Assembly: GCA_964508365.1 (NCBI GenBank)
Contig: CAZDTP010000002.1
Location: forward strand, 64,001-128,000
DNA from: an uncultured archaeon
GTDB taxonomy: Archaea > Asgardarchaeota > Lokiarchaeia > Sigyniarchaeales > SOKP01
DNA: 64,000 nt
Direction: 5' to 3'
Each line of letters starts with the position of its first letter. Positions within the stretch are counted from its first letter, which is position 1. Below are positions 31,108-39,568 of the stretch, piece after piece. Below the pieces are notes generated by a model, which was not told where the DNA came from, ran no database searches, and worked only from the letters and a program-made list of their open reading frames with translations. Both the position numbers and the translations under genes were made by a program.

Positions 31108-31259
31108 TAAATCTACACCTATTATTGTGTTTAATATTCTACTGTGAGTATAAAGTACAGAGAGTTATTTAAGTTTTCAGACTAAAAATAATGGAGAATT
31201 TTAAGGGAAAAAAATGGGTTGTTATATTATTATATTAATGAAAGATTCTAATCGTAAGA

Positions 31260-31787
31260 CTATTCCTCTACGGGAATCTGAACTAAACTAAGCGTATCAT
31301 ACCCTACTAGTTTATCTCTACCATGTAGGCTTCCAGTGAGTTCTATAACAAATGCTATGCCTACTACAACACCACCCGCTTTTTCTATCAGATTACAAGC
31401 TGCTTTAGCGGTACCTCCAGTCGCTAATAAATCATCAAATAAGAGAACTTTTTCTCCTTTTTCTATAGCATCTTTATGCATTTCAATTGTATCAGTTCCA
31501 TATTCTAGTTCATAAGTCTCACTTATCGTCTCAGCAGGTAATTTTCCAGGCTTTCTTATTAATACAAATCCTGCACCTAACTGGTATGCCAATACACCGC
31601 CCCAGATATATCCTCTAGCTTCAACAGCACAAATTTTATTTATCCCCTTATTATTAAAATGGTTAATTAACCTATCACAAGATTCTTTGAACGCACCATG
31701 ATTTTTACTTAAAGTTGTAATATCTTTAAACTGAATTCCTTCGATTGGAAAATCTGGGACATTTCTGATATAACTCTCTAAATCCAT
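31260..31787 (-). CDS. apt: Adenine phosphoribosyltransferase
   Basis: IRNVPDFP, FKDITTL, EARG, RKPGKLP, LEYG and DDLLATGGT motifs. ATG 31787 is preferred over TTG 31796. Confidence 0.95.
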   Translation of the reverse strand: MDLESYIRNVPDFPIEGIQFKDITTLSKNHGAFKESCDRLINHFNNKGINKICAVEARGYIWGGVLAYQLGAGFVLIRKPGKLPAETISETYELEYGTDTIEMHKDAIEKGEKVLLFDDLLATGGTAKAACNLIEKAGGVVVGIAFVIELTGSLHGRDKLVGYDTLSLVQIPVEE

Positions 31788-31967
31788 AATAAACAAAAAT
31801 CTCTTTTTATTAAAATTAAAGTTTACATAAGGTAATTTAAAATTATATTTAATTCAATCGTCATTTTAATTGAAATCTATTAATTTAACCGAAATTAGAA
31901 AAAATTAAATAAACATCCTTTTATAAAAAATATATTAGAAGTATAAATTGTTTAATGGTGAAAAGAA

Positions 31968-32924
31968 ATAAAAGTACTGTTATTTGGTCCCGGTGGTGCA
32001 GGTAAAACATCGCTAATGCGTACTACTTGTTTAGGATATAACTTCATGAAAGTGCTCAATCTAAAACCTACAAAAGGAGTTTCGAGGGAAAATTTTATCT
32101 TTCGTGGAATTATGGAATTATCCATCTGGGATCTAGGAGGACAACAACTTTACATGGACAGATACTTCTCTGAAAAACAACGAGAGCTTGTCTTTTCTGA
32201 AGTAATGACGGCAGTTTTCATGGTGGATTCAACGGCAAATGAACCTCGTTTAAAAGAAATTTTTGATAATTTTTTGAAGTACCTCTTTGAATTTAGTCCT
32301 CAAGTCGAGAAAGTATATGTTTTGCTAAATAAAATTGATCTTCAGGAATCGAAGGAAGACGAATTATATGAACTACTTATCGATAAGCTCACCGACGATT
32401 TGAAAAATAGAGTTGCTTTTACCCCTGTATCGGTGAAAGAGGGGAGTGCTCAACATAGATTAATTGAAATTTTAGATTACAAAATCCAACAAAATACTTT
32501 AGCGCTACAAAGACTAGGAAAAATAAGACACATGCTAGATCAGTTAAAGATTATTACACTCTCGGAATACTTTTTGTTTAATCAACCGGATGGGCTATTA
32601 ATAGCATCAACTTTGGGAAAAATAGATTTAAATCATAAACTTCAATTTATGAAGCTAGAAATAGGAACGCTTGAATCGAATATATATCAAATCTTCACAA
32701 GGATTATGAATCTTTCAGATTCCCCGTTGTCACCTCTGGAATTATCCACTGTCATATATGAAAGCGAATATAACTATATTTTAATGAAGGAACTTAGCAA
32801 TGGATCGGTACTGATGGTTGTTACAAAAGATAAAACTATTGGAACTTTTAATACGGTGATAACCGAATTAAATGGAGAAGATTTCCAAAATTTGAAAAAA
32901 TTCCTTAATAGGGACGACTTTTAA
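31968..32924 (+). CDS. Gtr1/RagA-like small GTPase with C-terminal roadblock domain
   Basis: P-loop KVLLFGPGGAGKTSLM lies upstream of the tracked ATG 32016. LSIWDLGGQQLYMDRYF...ELVF resembles Gtr1 LNLWDCGGQ..FMENYF...HIF. NKID (G4) and a roadblock-like C-terminus (LFNQPDGLLIAS...ILMKEL...LMVVT) follow. Confidence 0.85.
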   Translation: MKVLLFGPGGAGKTSLMRTTCLGYNFMKVLNLKPTKGVSRENFIFRGIMELSIWDLGGQQLYMDRYFSEKQRELVFSEVMTAVFMVDSTANEPRLKEIFDNFLKYLFEFSPQVEKVYVLLNKIDLQESKEDELYELLIDKLTDDLKNRVAFTPVSVKEGSAQHRLIEILDYKIQQNTLALQRLGKIRHMLDQLKIITLSEYFLFNQPDGLLIASTLGKIDLNHKLQFMKLEIGTLESNIYQIFTRIMNLSDSPLSPLELSTVIYESEYNYILMKELSNGSVLMVVTKDKTIGTFNTVITELNGEDFQNLKKFLNRDDF

Positions 32925-33945
32925 TTAATTCTAAATCAATTTTATTAGAAAATATTGTTATATTAGAATGTTCTTCAATAATAGAAAACAAATAATTGTT
33001 TGTATTTTTAATTACAGGTGTTATAAACAATAATTCTTCTTCGGGAATGCATTTTTCAACTTTTTCGTTTAATACCTCTTTTTCAAAAAATTCTTTAATA
33101 TAAGTAATTCGGACGATGAGATCGTCGAATTCTTTTTTACTGTTATTCTTTACTAAAACTTCTATTTCCTGAAAATTGTTAATACTATATATACTAGTTA
33201 TTTTAAATTGATCTTTAATTCCTAATTTTTGCTGAACAACTCTATCATAATCAAATAATCGAATTTTAGAAAACGATTTATTTTGATTGTTTATGACAAT
33301 GTGGTCAATATCGATTCCTTTAAATGTTAAATAAGAAATTGCTTTTTGCAATTTGAAAGTGGTCGTATCAGTTTGTTTAATTACAGATGAAAAATATTCC
33401 TCACAAGTAAGGTTAATTATAGCTTTTATTTCTTCTTTTATTTGATCTCCTTTTTTTATCTTATTGATTAATTTCTCTGTTTTGATAATTTCTAGTTTCG
33501 CAATTTCTGACTCGATTACATAATAAAGCGTATTTTCAAATTTGGTGATTAATTTTTCCGTTAATAAGTTTAATACATCTCCCCCAAAAACATCTAAATC
33601 TGTTGGTAACATAAGTATCAATACAATCGTTTCACCCAATTTTGGAAAAGACCCTGATCTTCTTTTAACTCTCTTAGAATCAATAATAATTTTCTTCGCA
33701 AAATACATTTGATTACAATATTCTAAATCGATTCGGTTAATTGTAGTTTCATCTTTAAGTTCTAAAAACCAAATTGGATGGTATCTTATAAGATGTAATT
33801 TTCCCGAATCATCATCTAGCGCATTTTCTGGACAAATAAGAAGTGGGATATGACCTAAAGTCTCATCAAAATAAAACAAAAGAGTCTCACACAATTCACT
33901 AAATGGACACTCTGTATTGGCGTTATTTAAGAGATTTTCTTTCAA
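32905..33945 (-). CDS. Longin/uDENN-like domain protein (NPRL2-like N-terminus) with a C-terminal beta-sandwich
   Basis: LLFYFDETLGHIPLLICPE resembles the first hairpin of uDENN/NPRL2 longins (FFSEFHPTLGPKITYQVPE). The C-terminus has alternating beta-strand patterns. Confidence 0.6.
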   Translation of the reverse strand: MKENLLNNANTECPFSELCETLLFYFDETLGHIPLLICPENALDDDSGKLHLIRYHPIWFLELKDETTINRIDLEYCNQMYFAKKIIIDSKRVKRRSGSFPKLGETIVLILMLPTDLDVFGGDVLNLLTEKLITKFENTLYYVIESEIAKLEIIKTEKLINKIKKGDQIKEEIKAIINLTCEEYFSSVIKQTDTTTFKLQKAISYLTFKGIDIDHIVINNQNKSFSKIRLFDYDRVVQQKLGIKDQFKITSIYSINNFQEIEVLVKNNSKKEFDDLIVRITYIKEFFEKEVLNEKVEKCIPEEELLFITPVIKNTNNYLFSIIEEHSNITIFSNKIDLELIKSRPY

Positions 33946-34003
33946 TTTAAATCATTATTTTCTTCATCAAATCAATTATATTTAATGAATATTATTTTTA
34001 ATG

Positions 34004-35308
34004 TTAATGAGAAGCGCACGATATGCAAGGATCAAATGCTCTTATCATTCTTTGAGTTTTTTCTTTAACAGAATCGATATCTTCTTTTTCATATAGCTTT
34101 TTAGCATATTCTGTGATCATTTTGTTAAGAATAGGCAAATTTATTTCGGTTGCAATGAAAAGTTTTACTTGATCAACGATTTTAGCTTTATTTAAATGAT
34201 AATGATGCATTAATACACCTCTTGGTGCTTCGAGAACCCCTATTCCATTTGATTTTTTTATTGAGTTTAGGTGTTCAAGTTTTGTTTTACTTTTTAGTGA
34301 AGTAGTATTTACCATTTCAACACTTTTCTGAATTTCGTAATAACTTTCAATTAATTGTAAAAAGTTTAAAAATAATAAATTGCTTTTCCATTTTTTTCCA
34401 AAATTGCTTATATATTCGGATATTTTATCAATCCCATAATTTTGAGTTATCTTATAGCGTGCTATTGGTCCTGTTAAAATGTTATTTTTCGAATTTGACT
34501 TAAACGTAATCCCATAAAGATTAGGGTTTTTATCAAAATATTTTGAATAATTTTTCGCTTGAAAATCGTCGTAAGTTGCTTCATTTTGTTCAATTCTGAG
34601 ATCTCCTTCATATCTATCAAACCCCATATTATTCTTTAAACCGAAAAATATAGGATTAGAAAGATTAAATTCTGTAGGAGGATCAAAAGCAGAAAATAAA
34701 TCTATAAAATTTTCAATTATGGTGTCTATATAGTAAATCCCCTTTTTTAGATATTTCTCTATAGAAATTAAACTCTTTCGATTAGGATTGAATATTAATC
34801 CTCCAGGAATAGGAGTAATTGGATGTAGCATCCTTCCTCCTATTAACTTATTTATTTCTGAACCAATTTTTATTAAATTAAAAACATTTGTCGTTAATTG
34901 AGGATTGTAATTAATCAAATTATAAGGATCGTTAATTGTATGATTAATATTAAATATTTTTAATAAATCTGGAAAGGACTGGAAAAAATAATGCATCATG
35001 TGCGATTTTATTAATTCTCCGGATAATAAAAGCCTTCTAAGCAAAATTGATTTATATGATGGTTCTATTCCGTATATATCTTCTATTGCTTTGCAACTTG
35101 CAATTGTTTGAGATGCGTAGCACAATCCACAAATTCTAGATACTATTTTTGGAATTTCTAATAATTTTTTCCCTACTAAAATATTTTCAAATCCTCTAAA
35201 TACTGAAAAATTTAATTCAGTTTGATAAATTTCATCATTTTTTAAATAAATGATTAAGTTTCCACTACCTTCAACTCTTGTGCATGCTGCCACAACTTTA
35301 TCTATCAA
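34004..35308 (-). CDS. [NiFe]-hydrogenase large subunit, group-3-like, without C-terminal extension
   Basis: TRVEG, L1 RICGLC, EAPRG and L2 DPCISCASH followed directly by a stop. The TTG start overlaps the upstream stop. Confidence 0.9.
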   Translation of the reverse strand: MIDKVVAACTRVEGSGNLIIYLKNDEIYQTELNFSVFRGFENILVGKKLLEIPKIVSRICGLCYASQTIASCKAIEDIYGIEPSYKSILLRRLLLSGELIKSHMMHYFFQSFPDLLKIFNINHTINDPYNLINYNPQLTTNVFNLIKIGSEINKLIGGRMLHPITPIPGGLIFNPNRKSLISIEKYLKKGIYYIDTIIENFIDLFSAFDPPTEFNLSNPIFFGLKNNMGFDRYEGDLRIEQNEATYDDFQAKNYSKYFDKNPNLYGITFKSNSKNNILTGPIARYKITQNYGIDKISEYISNFGKKWKSNLLFLNFLQLIESYYEIQKSVEMVNTTSLKSKTKLEHLNSIKKSNGIGVLEAPRGVLMHHYHLNKAKIVDQVKLFIATEINLPILNKMITEYAKKLYEKEDIDSVKEKTQRMIRAFDPCISCASH

Positions 35309-36069
35309 ACCTTCCCTCCTACAGTCGATTTTGAGAACCTATAATATATCGCTTTATATTTTCTTAAGTCTTTAGAAAGGTGAAAAAGGCTTAAAATGTT
35401 GATTAAATTCGCTGTAAAACCCTTTGAAGCCGTGCCAAGACATCCTTCACAGGGTAATCCTTGATTTATACAGAGATGATCACAACCATCTCGAGTAACA
35501 GGACCTAAACATAAAATCCCGTCGTTTAAAAAACACGATAAATTTTCTTCCGGAAAATGAATTTCATCGTTTCTTGGAACAATCTTTTCTATTGTTAATG
35601 GAAAATCAAATTTTGCGTGGTTGTTTAAAGGACAAGTAGAACACATATTTTTTAAGCTTAGCTTGATTTTTTTGTTCTCAACTAAATTCAATATACAATT
35701 TCCTAAAAGTATGGACGGAGGAGGACATCCAGGAATAATACCATCAATTTCTACGTACTTTGAAATAGGATACGATTCTTTTTTATTTGAGAGACTAAGA
35801 ATCCCCCCAAATGCAGAGCATGTACCTAATGCATATAATTTTTTTGCATTTTTTCGTATTTCTTGAAGATATTCGATTTGATTCTTTTCGGATACGCACC
35901 CCTCTACTAGCGCTATATCGCATTCTTTGATCTCTAAATTGTCAGATATAAATGGAAAATATTCGATTTTCGTTCTCTCAAGAAATTGTGGAAATACATC
36001 TAACGATATTAATGCTGATATACATCCAGTACAAGACGTTAAAGAAGTAATTAAAAATTTAAGCCTTAC
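35305..36069 (-). CDS. [NiFe]-hydrogenase small subunit (MvhG/HydD-like)
   Basis: Manual translation extends the tracked ORF 35305-35691 in frame: (M)RLKFLITSLTSCTGC...ALVEGC...ALGTCSAFGG...IPGCPP...CSTC...CLGPVTRDGC...CEGC. There is no ATG/GTG/TTG upstream; the proposed start is GTA at 36069. Confidence 0.87.
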   Translation of the reverse strand, partial: VRLKFLITSLTSCTGCISALISLDVFPQFLERTKIEYFPFISDNLEIKECDIALVEGCVSEKNQIEYLQEIRKNAKKLYALGTCSAFGGILSLSNKKESYPISKYVEIDGIIPGCPPPSILLGNCILNLVENKKIKLSLKNMCSTCPLNNHAKFDFPLTIEKIVPRNDEIHFPEENLSCFLNDGILCLGPVTRDGCDHLCINQGLPCEGCLGTASKGFTANLINILSLFHLSKDLRKYKAIYYRFSKSTVGGKV

Positions 36070-38605
36070 TTTTAATCTCCTCCTTTAATAAATAATAGAA
36101 TTTATTAGAGATTTCAGCAAATTTCTGTCCTTCTACTCCATTTAAGCTTATCACTATTATCCGTCTGCTTAACTTTGGTCCTAGAATCTTTTTTAAAAGC
36201 CCGACTCTTTTTCTTAATTTTTCAATCCCATCGATATATCTACAAGAATCCTTTCTACAACCGATAATCATAACTCCATCAAATCCCATTTCAAAAGATT
36301 TAAAAATGAATTCAGTATCAATACGTCCAGTACAAGGAACAGAGATTATAAAAACATTAGGCGGATATAACAATTTTTTTAATCCCGCATCGTCAGCGGC
36401 AGCGTAACCGCACGATTGGCAACAAAAAGCGATGATTTTTGGTTTTTTATTGAATTTTGAGAAAATTTCAATCGTTTTTAAAATCTTTTCTGATGTATTT
36501 ATATTCATTTCGATGGCATTAGTAGGACAAACACTCGCACACATACCACAAGCTTTACATTTAAACTTATCAATAGTAATTTTTTCGGAGATTATGCTTA
36601 TTGCATTGTAAGGGCAGGAATTGACGCAGAGGTTACACAATCCACATTTATCTTCATTAATCTCTATTCCAGTATATTCTGCTATTAAATAATCATTTGA
36701 AAGAAGGGATATTACTTTTAATGCTATGTTATTGGTGGATGCAATAGTTGAGTGATAATTTAATGGCCCAAATATTGTGCCAACACCATAAATACCAGAA
36801 GCTAAAGTTTCTTCACTCATAAAACCATAATCATTTAAAGTGAAGTCCATAATCTTTCTTAGAGATTTCAGATCCTTATTTGGAATTAATTTTATATTTA
36901 AAACAATCAAATCACTCTGAAACTCAATAGAATCCGCAATTACATAATTAATATTTTCTCTTGTCTCAATTAATACTTTATTAGCGTAAAGAAATCTAGG
37001 ATGAGTAGATTTTAGTATTATCTCGTCTTTTTCTTTTAATTTACTTAAATCGTAAAAAACATTAACTTCACAATCAGGGTTCTTCACTTTAATAATATCT
37101 ATATACTTTAGGGTTAAAATATCCGAATATTCACATAGATAGTTTGAAGGTCCTACTTCTTGAATAATTGATATTGTTTTCGCTATTTTCCCATCAGACA
37201 ATTTTACAATCTTTCCATCAGTTAAGCCATCTGAACATAAAATTCGTTCAAATTCTGCCGAAGTTATAACATTATTTCGTGGGTTGTAATTATATTTTTT
37301 TAAATTTGAATAAAGATCTGAACCAATAGCTATAACTTTTGCACCTACTTTAATTCTTAATTCCTTAGGCTTTTCCATTAAATTTATTGCATTATTTGCA
37401 CAAGCGCGTTCACATACTCTACATTCAAGGCAGTTATTAATATCATTATCTTCAATAACGGGGACATAAGGATAACAGTATTGAAAAGGAAAGTGAATTA
37501 TTTTTCTATTTGTTAATCCAAATTCATACATATTAACTTTCTCTCGAGCACACACATCAATACATTGGTTACAACCTGTACATTTAGTCTCATCAATATA
37601 GCGAGGTTTTTTAATTAATCCTATAGTAAAATTGCCAACTTCTCCAGATACACTTATTATTTCTGTATTTGTCAATATTTCGATTTTTTTATCTTTTACA
37701 ATTTCCCCAATTAATTCAGAGATGAAACAAGCAGAACAATCTCCCATATTAGAAATTTTTTGCCATCTTGCTACTTTTCCTCCTAATGTAGGTGACTTTT
37801 CAATTAGATAACCGTTGATACCTGCCTTTGATAAGTTTAAAGCTAGGTTCATACCCGCAATCCCACCTCCAACAATAGCGCAGCTTTTTTCAACTTCAAC
37901 TCTTTTTACTTTAATTGGTTTTTGAAGATTTACTCGATTAACTGAGGCTTCTATAAGTAATTGCGCTTTTTTCAGAGTTAAACGACTATCAATATGCTTT
38001 TTACTGGAATAATGTACCCAACAGCATTGTTCTCTTATATTTGCAATCTCAATATTTGTATTATCAATTATATTTTGAAAAAGATGTTCAAATATATGTT
38101 GATGTGTTTTAGGAGAACAAGCAGCGATAATAATTTTATTTATGAAGTTATCAGTAATCCAATTATTAATATTATCTTGATTTTTTTCTTGGCATAAATT
38201 ATCAAGGATTTTAACTGAGACTACATTGTTTATTTTACTTACATAATTTTCTAAGGAGTTAATGTTAAGCACATTTGTAATTTCTGTATTACAATTACAT
38301 ATAATAACACCTATTCTGTTTATTTCGCTCCCTTTTGATTTTAAATATTCTATTTCCTCTCCAGATAAAATTCTTTTGTTTAATCCTAATACCCTTAAAA
38401 CTCTTTTACCGTCATCAGTTAAATAATACGATTTTTTGTCTTTACTTACTAAAATATTAAGCTTTTTCAAATGAAAATTTAATTGTCCTGTTTGTTTTAT
38501 ACCTAACTTCACCATTAATTCGGTATATGGGATAAATCCCTCTTCTTCGAGAAGGTATAAGAGTTTTCTTCTCATTGGATGGGCTAAAATTGAATATATA
38601 TCCAT
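36059..38605 (-). CDS. Fusion of ArsR-like winged HTH, HdrA-like FAD/Fe-S protein and MvhD
   Basis: aa 1-75 ILAHPMRRKLL...GQLNFHLKKL...YYLTDDG (wHTH). IGVIICNC, AACSP, ANIREQCCWVH, VGGGIAG, EKSPTLGG and ferredoxin CxxCxxCxxxC motifs (HdrA). C-terminal IIAFCC...YAAAD...VPCTGRID...GFDGV...GC...CRY (MvhD). Confidence 0.9.
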   Translation of the reverse strand: MDIYSILAHPMRRKLLYLLEEEGFIPYTELMVKLGIKQTGQLNFHLKKLNILVSKDKKSYYLTDDGKRVLRVLGLNKRILSGEEIEYLKSKGSEINRIGVIICNCNTEITNVLNINSLENYVSKINNVVSVKILDNLCQEKNQDNINNWITDNFINKIIIAACSPKTHQHIFEHLFQNIIDNTNIEIANIREQCCWVHYSSKKHIDSRLTLKKAQLLIEASVNRVNLQKPIKVKRVEVEKSCAIVGGGIAGMNLALNLSKAGINGYLIEKSPTLGGKVARWQKISNMGDCSACFISELIGEIVKDKKIEILTNTEIISVSGEVGNFTIGLIKKPRYIDETKCTGCNQCIDVCAREKVNMYEFGLTNRKIIHFPFQYCYPYVPVIEDNDINNCLECRVCERACANNAINLMEKPKELRIKVGAKVIAIGSDLYSNLKKYNYNPRNNVITSAEFERILCSDGLTDGKIVKLSDGKIAKTISIIQEVGPSNYLCEYSDILTLKYIDIIKVKNPDCEVNVFYDLSKLKEKDEIILKSTHPRFLYANKVLIETRENINYVIADSIEFQSDLIVLNIKLIPNKDLKSLRKIMDFTLNDYGFMSEETLASGIYGVGTIFGPLNYHSTIASTNNIALKVISLLSNDYLIAEYTGIEINEDKCGLCNLCVNSCPYNAISIISEKITIDKFKCKACGMCASVCPTNAIEMNINTSEKILKTIEIFSKFNKKPKIIAFCCQSCGYAAADDAGLKKLLYPPNVFIISVPCTGRIDTEFIFKSFEMGFDGVMIIGCRKDSCRYIDGIEKLRKRVGLLKKILGPKLSRRIIVISLNGVEGQKFAEISNKFYYLLKEEIKSKA
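36077..36084 (-). promoter_or_regulatory. Shine-Dalgarno AGGAGGAG for the hydrogenase small subunit
   Basis: Lies 7 nt upstream of GTA 36069, inside the 3' end of the upstream gene. Confidence 0.55.
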
Positions 38606-38725
38606 TTTTGAGCTTTCCTATTGAGTTTTTATTCTAAATTTATTTTGTTAAAAACTTTTTTTTGACAAATTATTTTTTCTTCATGATAATATATGTTGTA
38701 AAAGTATATAAGTATGTTAGAAAAT

Positions 38726-38737
38726 GATCATATGATC
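38726..38737. promoter_or_regulatory. Perfect 12-bp palindrome GATCATATGATC, candidate operator
   Basis: Self-complementary sequence in the 322-bp divergent spacer upstream of the HTH-HdrA operon. Confidence 0.45.
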
Positions 38738-38801
38738 CCTGAATTCCATCAATAAAAATGACGATTTTCAATTAACTAAAAAAATTGTTATGAAAAAAAT
38801 T

Positions 38802-38821
38802 TTGATAAATTTCCTTATCAA
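38802..38821. promoter_or_regulatory. Inverted repeat TTGATAA-N6-TTATCAA, candidate operator
   Basis: Perfect 7-bp arms in the same divergent spacer. Confidence 0.45.
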
Positions 38822-38927
38822 GAAGTTAAAAAATATTCTTGTCAAATTCTTTATATTTCAAGCTTATTACAATTCAATTAGGTAAATACTTATTTAAAAA
38901 GTTGAAATAAAAGAGGTGGATTAATAT

Positions 38928-39545
38928 ATGGAAGTTTTGGATTTGAAGTCAGTAAAAAATAAAAAAATAATAGCATATATGTCCTCAAAAGAAAATGGCA
39001 GGTATTTTCAAAATAAAAATACATTAGGATTAACCGAATTTCTTAAAAAGAAAGATGTTAATTTTGTTACCGTAGATTTTCAAGTAAATATGAAGGAATT
39101 TAAGAAAACACCTTTTGCACAAACATTAGATAACCTTGGAATACCATATATTCAAGTAGATATACCAGATTATGCAATGGGATATCTTTACGAAGAAGTT
39201 GTTGAAAAACAAAAACTTCAAAATGAATTATTTGAAGAATATGAAAATATGAGTGATAAAGAATCTTTCAAAGGACAAAGTTTAAAAAACTGGATTGACA
39301 TGTTAAGCGAAGAAATTCAAGAAAAAGAGATTTTTTTAAGTTTAAAGCTAAGACCACAGTGGATCGTAAAAAAAATGTTAGATTTTGCATATCATTTTGA
39401 AAATGAAGTTGTTTCTTTTGTACATTTTGTTCAAGAGGATATTTGCGAGGATATTTGCCCTCAAGTCGTGGCAAATTTAAGAGATTTGGGTGTAAAGGTA
39501 ATTTCCTATACTAAAAAACATACAATTCAAAATATTATATTTTAA
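38928..39545 (+). CDS. Hypothetical protein, paralog of the downstream gene
   Basis: Shares EVL(D/E)LK, GI.(Y/F)...DI.....YL and (K)(L/V)R..W patterns with 39569-40300. SD GAGGTG is present. Confidence 0.75.
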   Translation: MEVLDLKSVKNKKIIAYMSSKENGRYFQNKNTLGLTEFLKKKDVNFVTVDFQVNMKEFKKTPFAQTLDNLGIPYIQVDIPDYAMGYLYEEVVEKQKLQNELFEEYENMSDKESFKGQSLKNWIDMLSEEIQEKEIFLSLKLRPQWIVKKMLDFAYHFENEVVSFVHFVQEDICEDICPQVVANLRDLGVKVISYTKKHTIQNIIF

Positions 39546-39568
39546 TTAAAAAAAAGGAGTGAGAAAAA

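Noticed and set aside
35305-35691. 128-aa ORF treated as a complete protein
   Set aside because: It is only the C-terminal half of the hydrogenase small subunit; the frame is open and conserved up to 36069.
34004-38605. Selenocysteine (TGA) recoding in the HdrA/Mvh genes, as known for some Lokiarchaeia
   Set aside because: No in-frame TGA occurs; the relevant positions are Cys or degenerate, and the large subunit ends in TAA.
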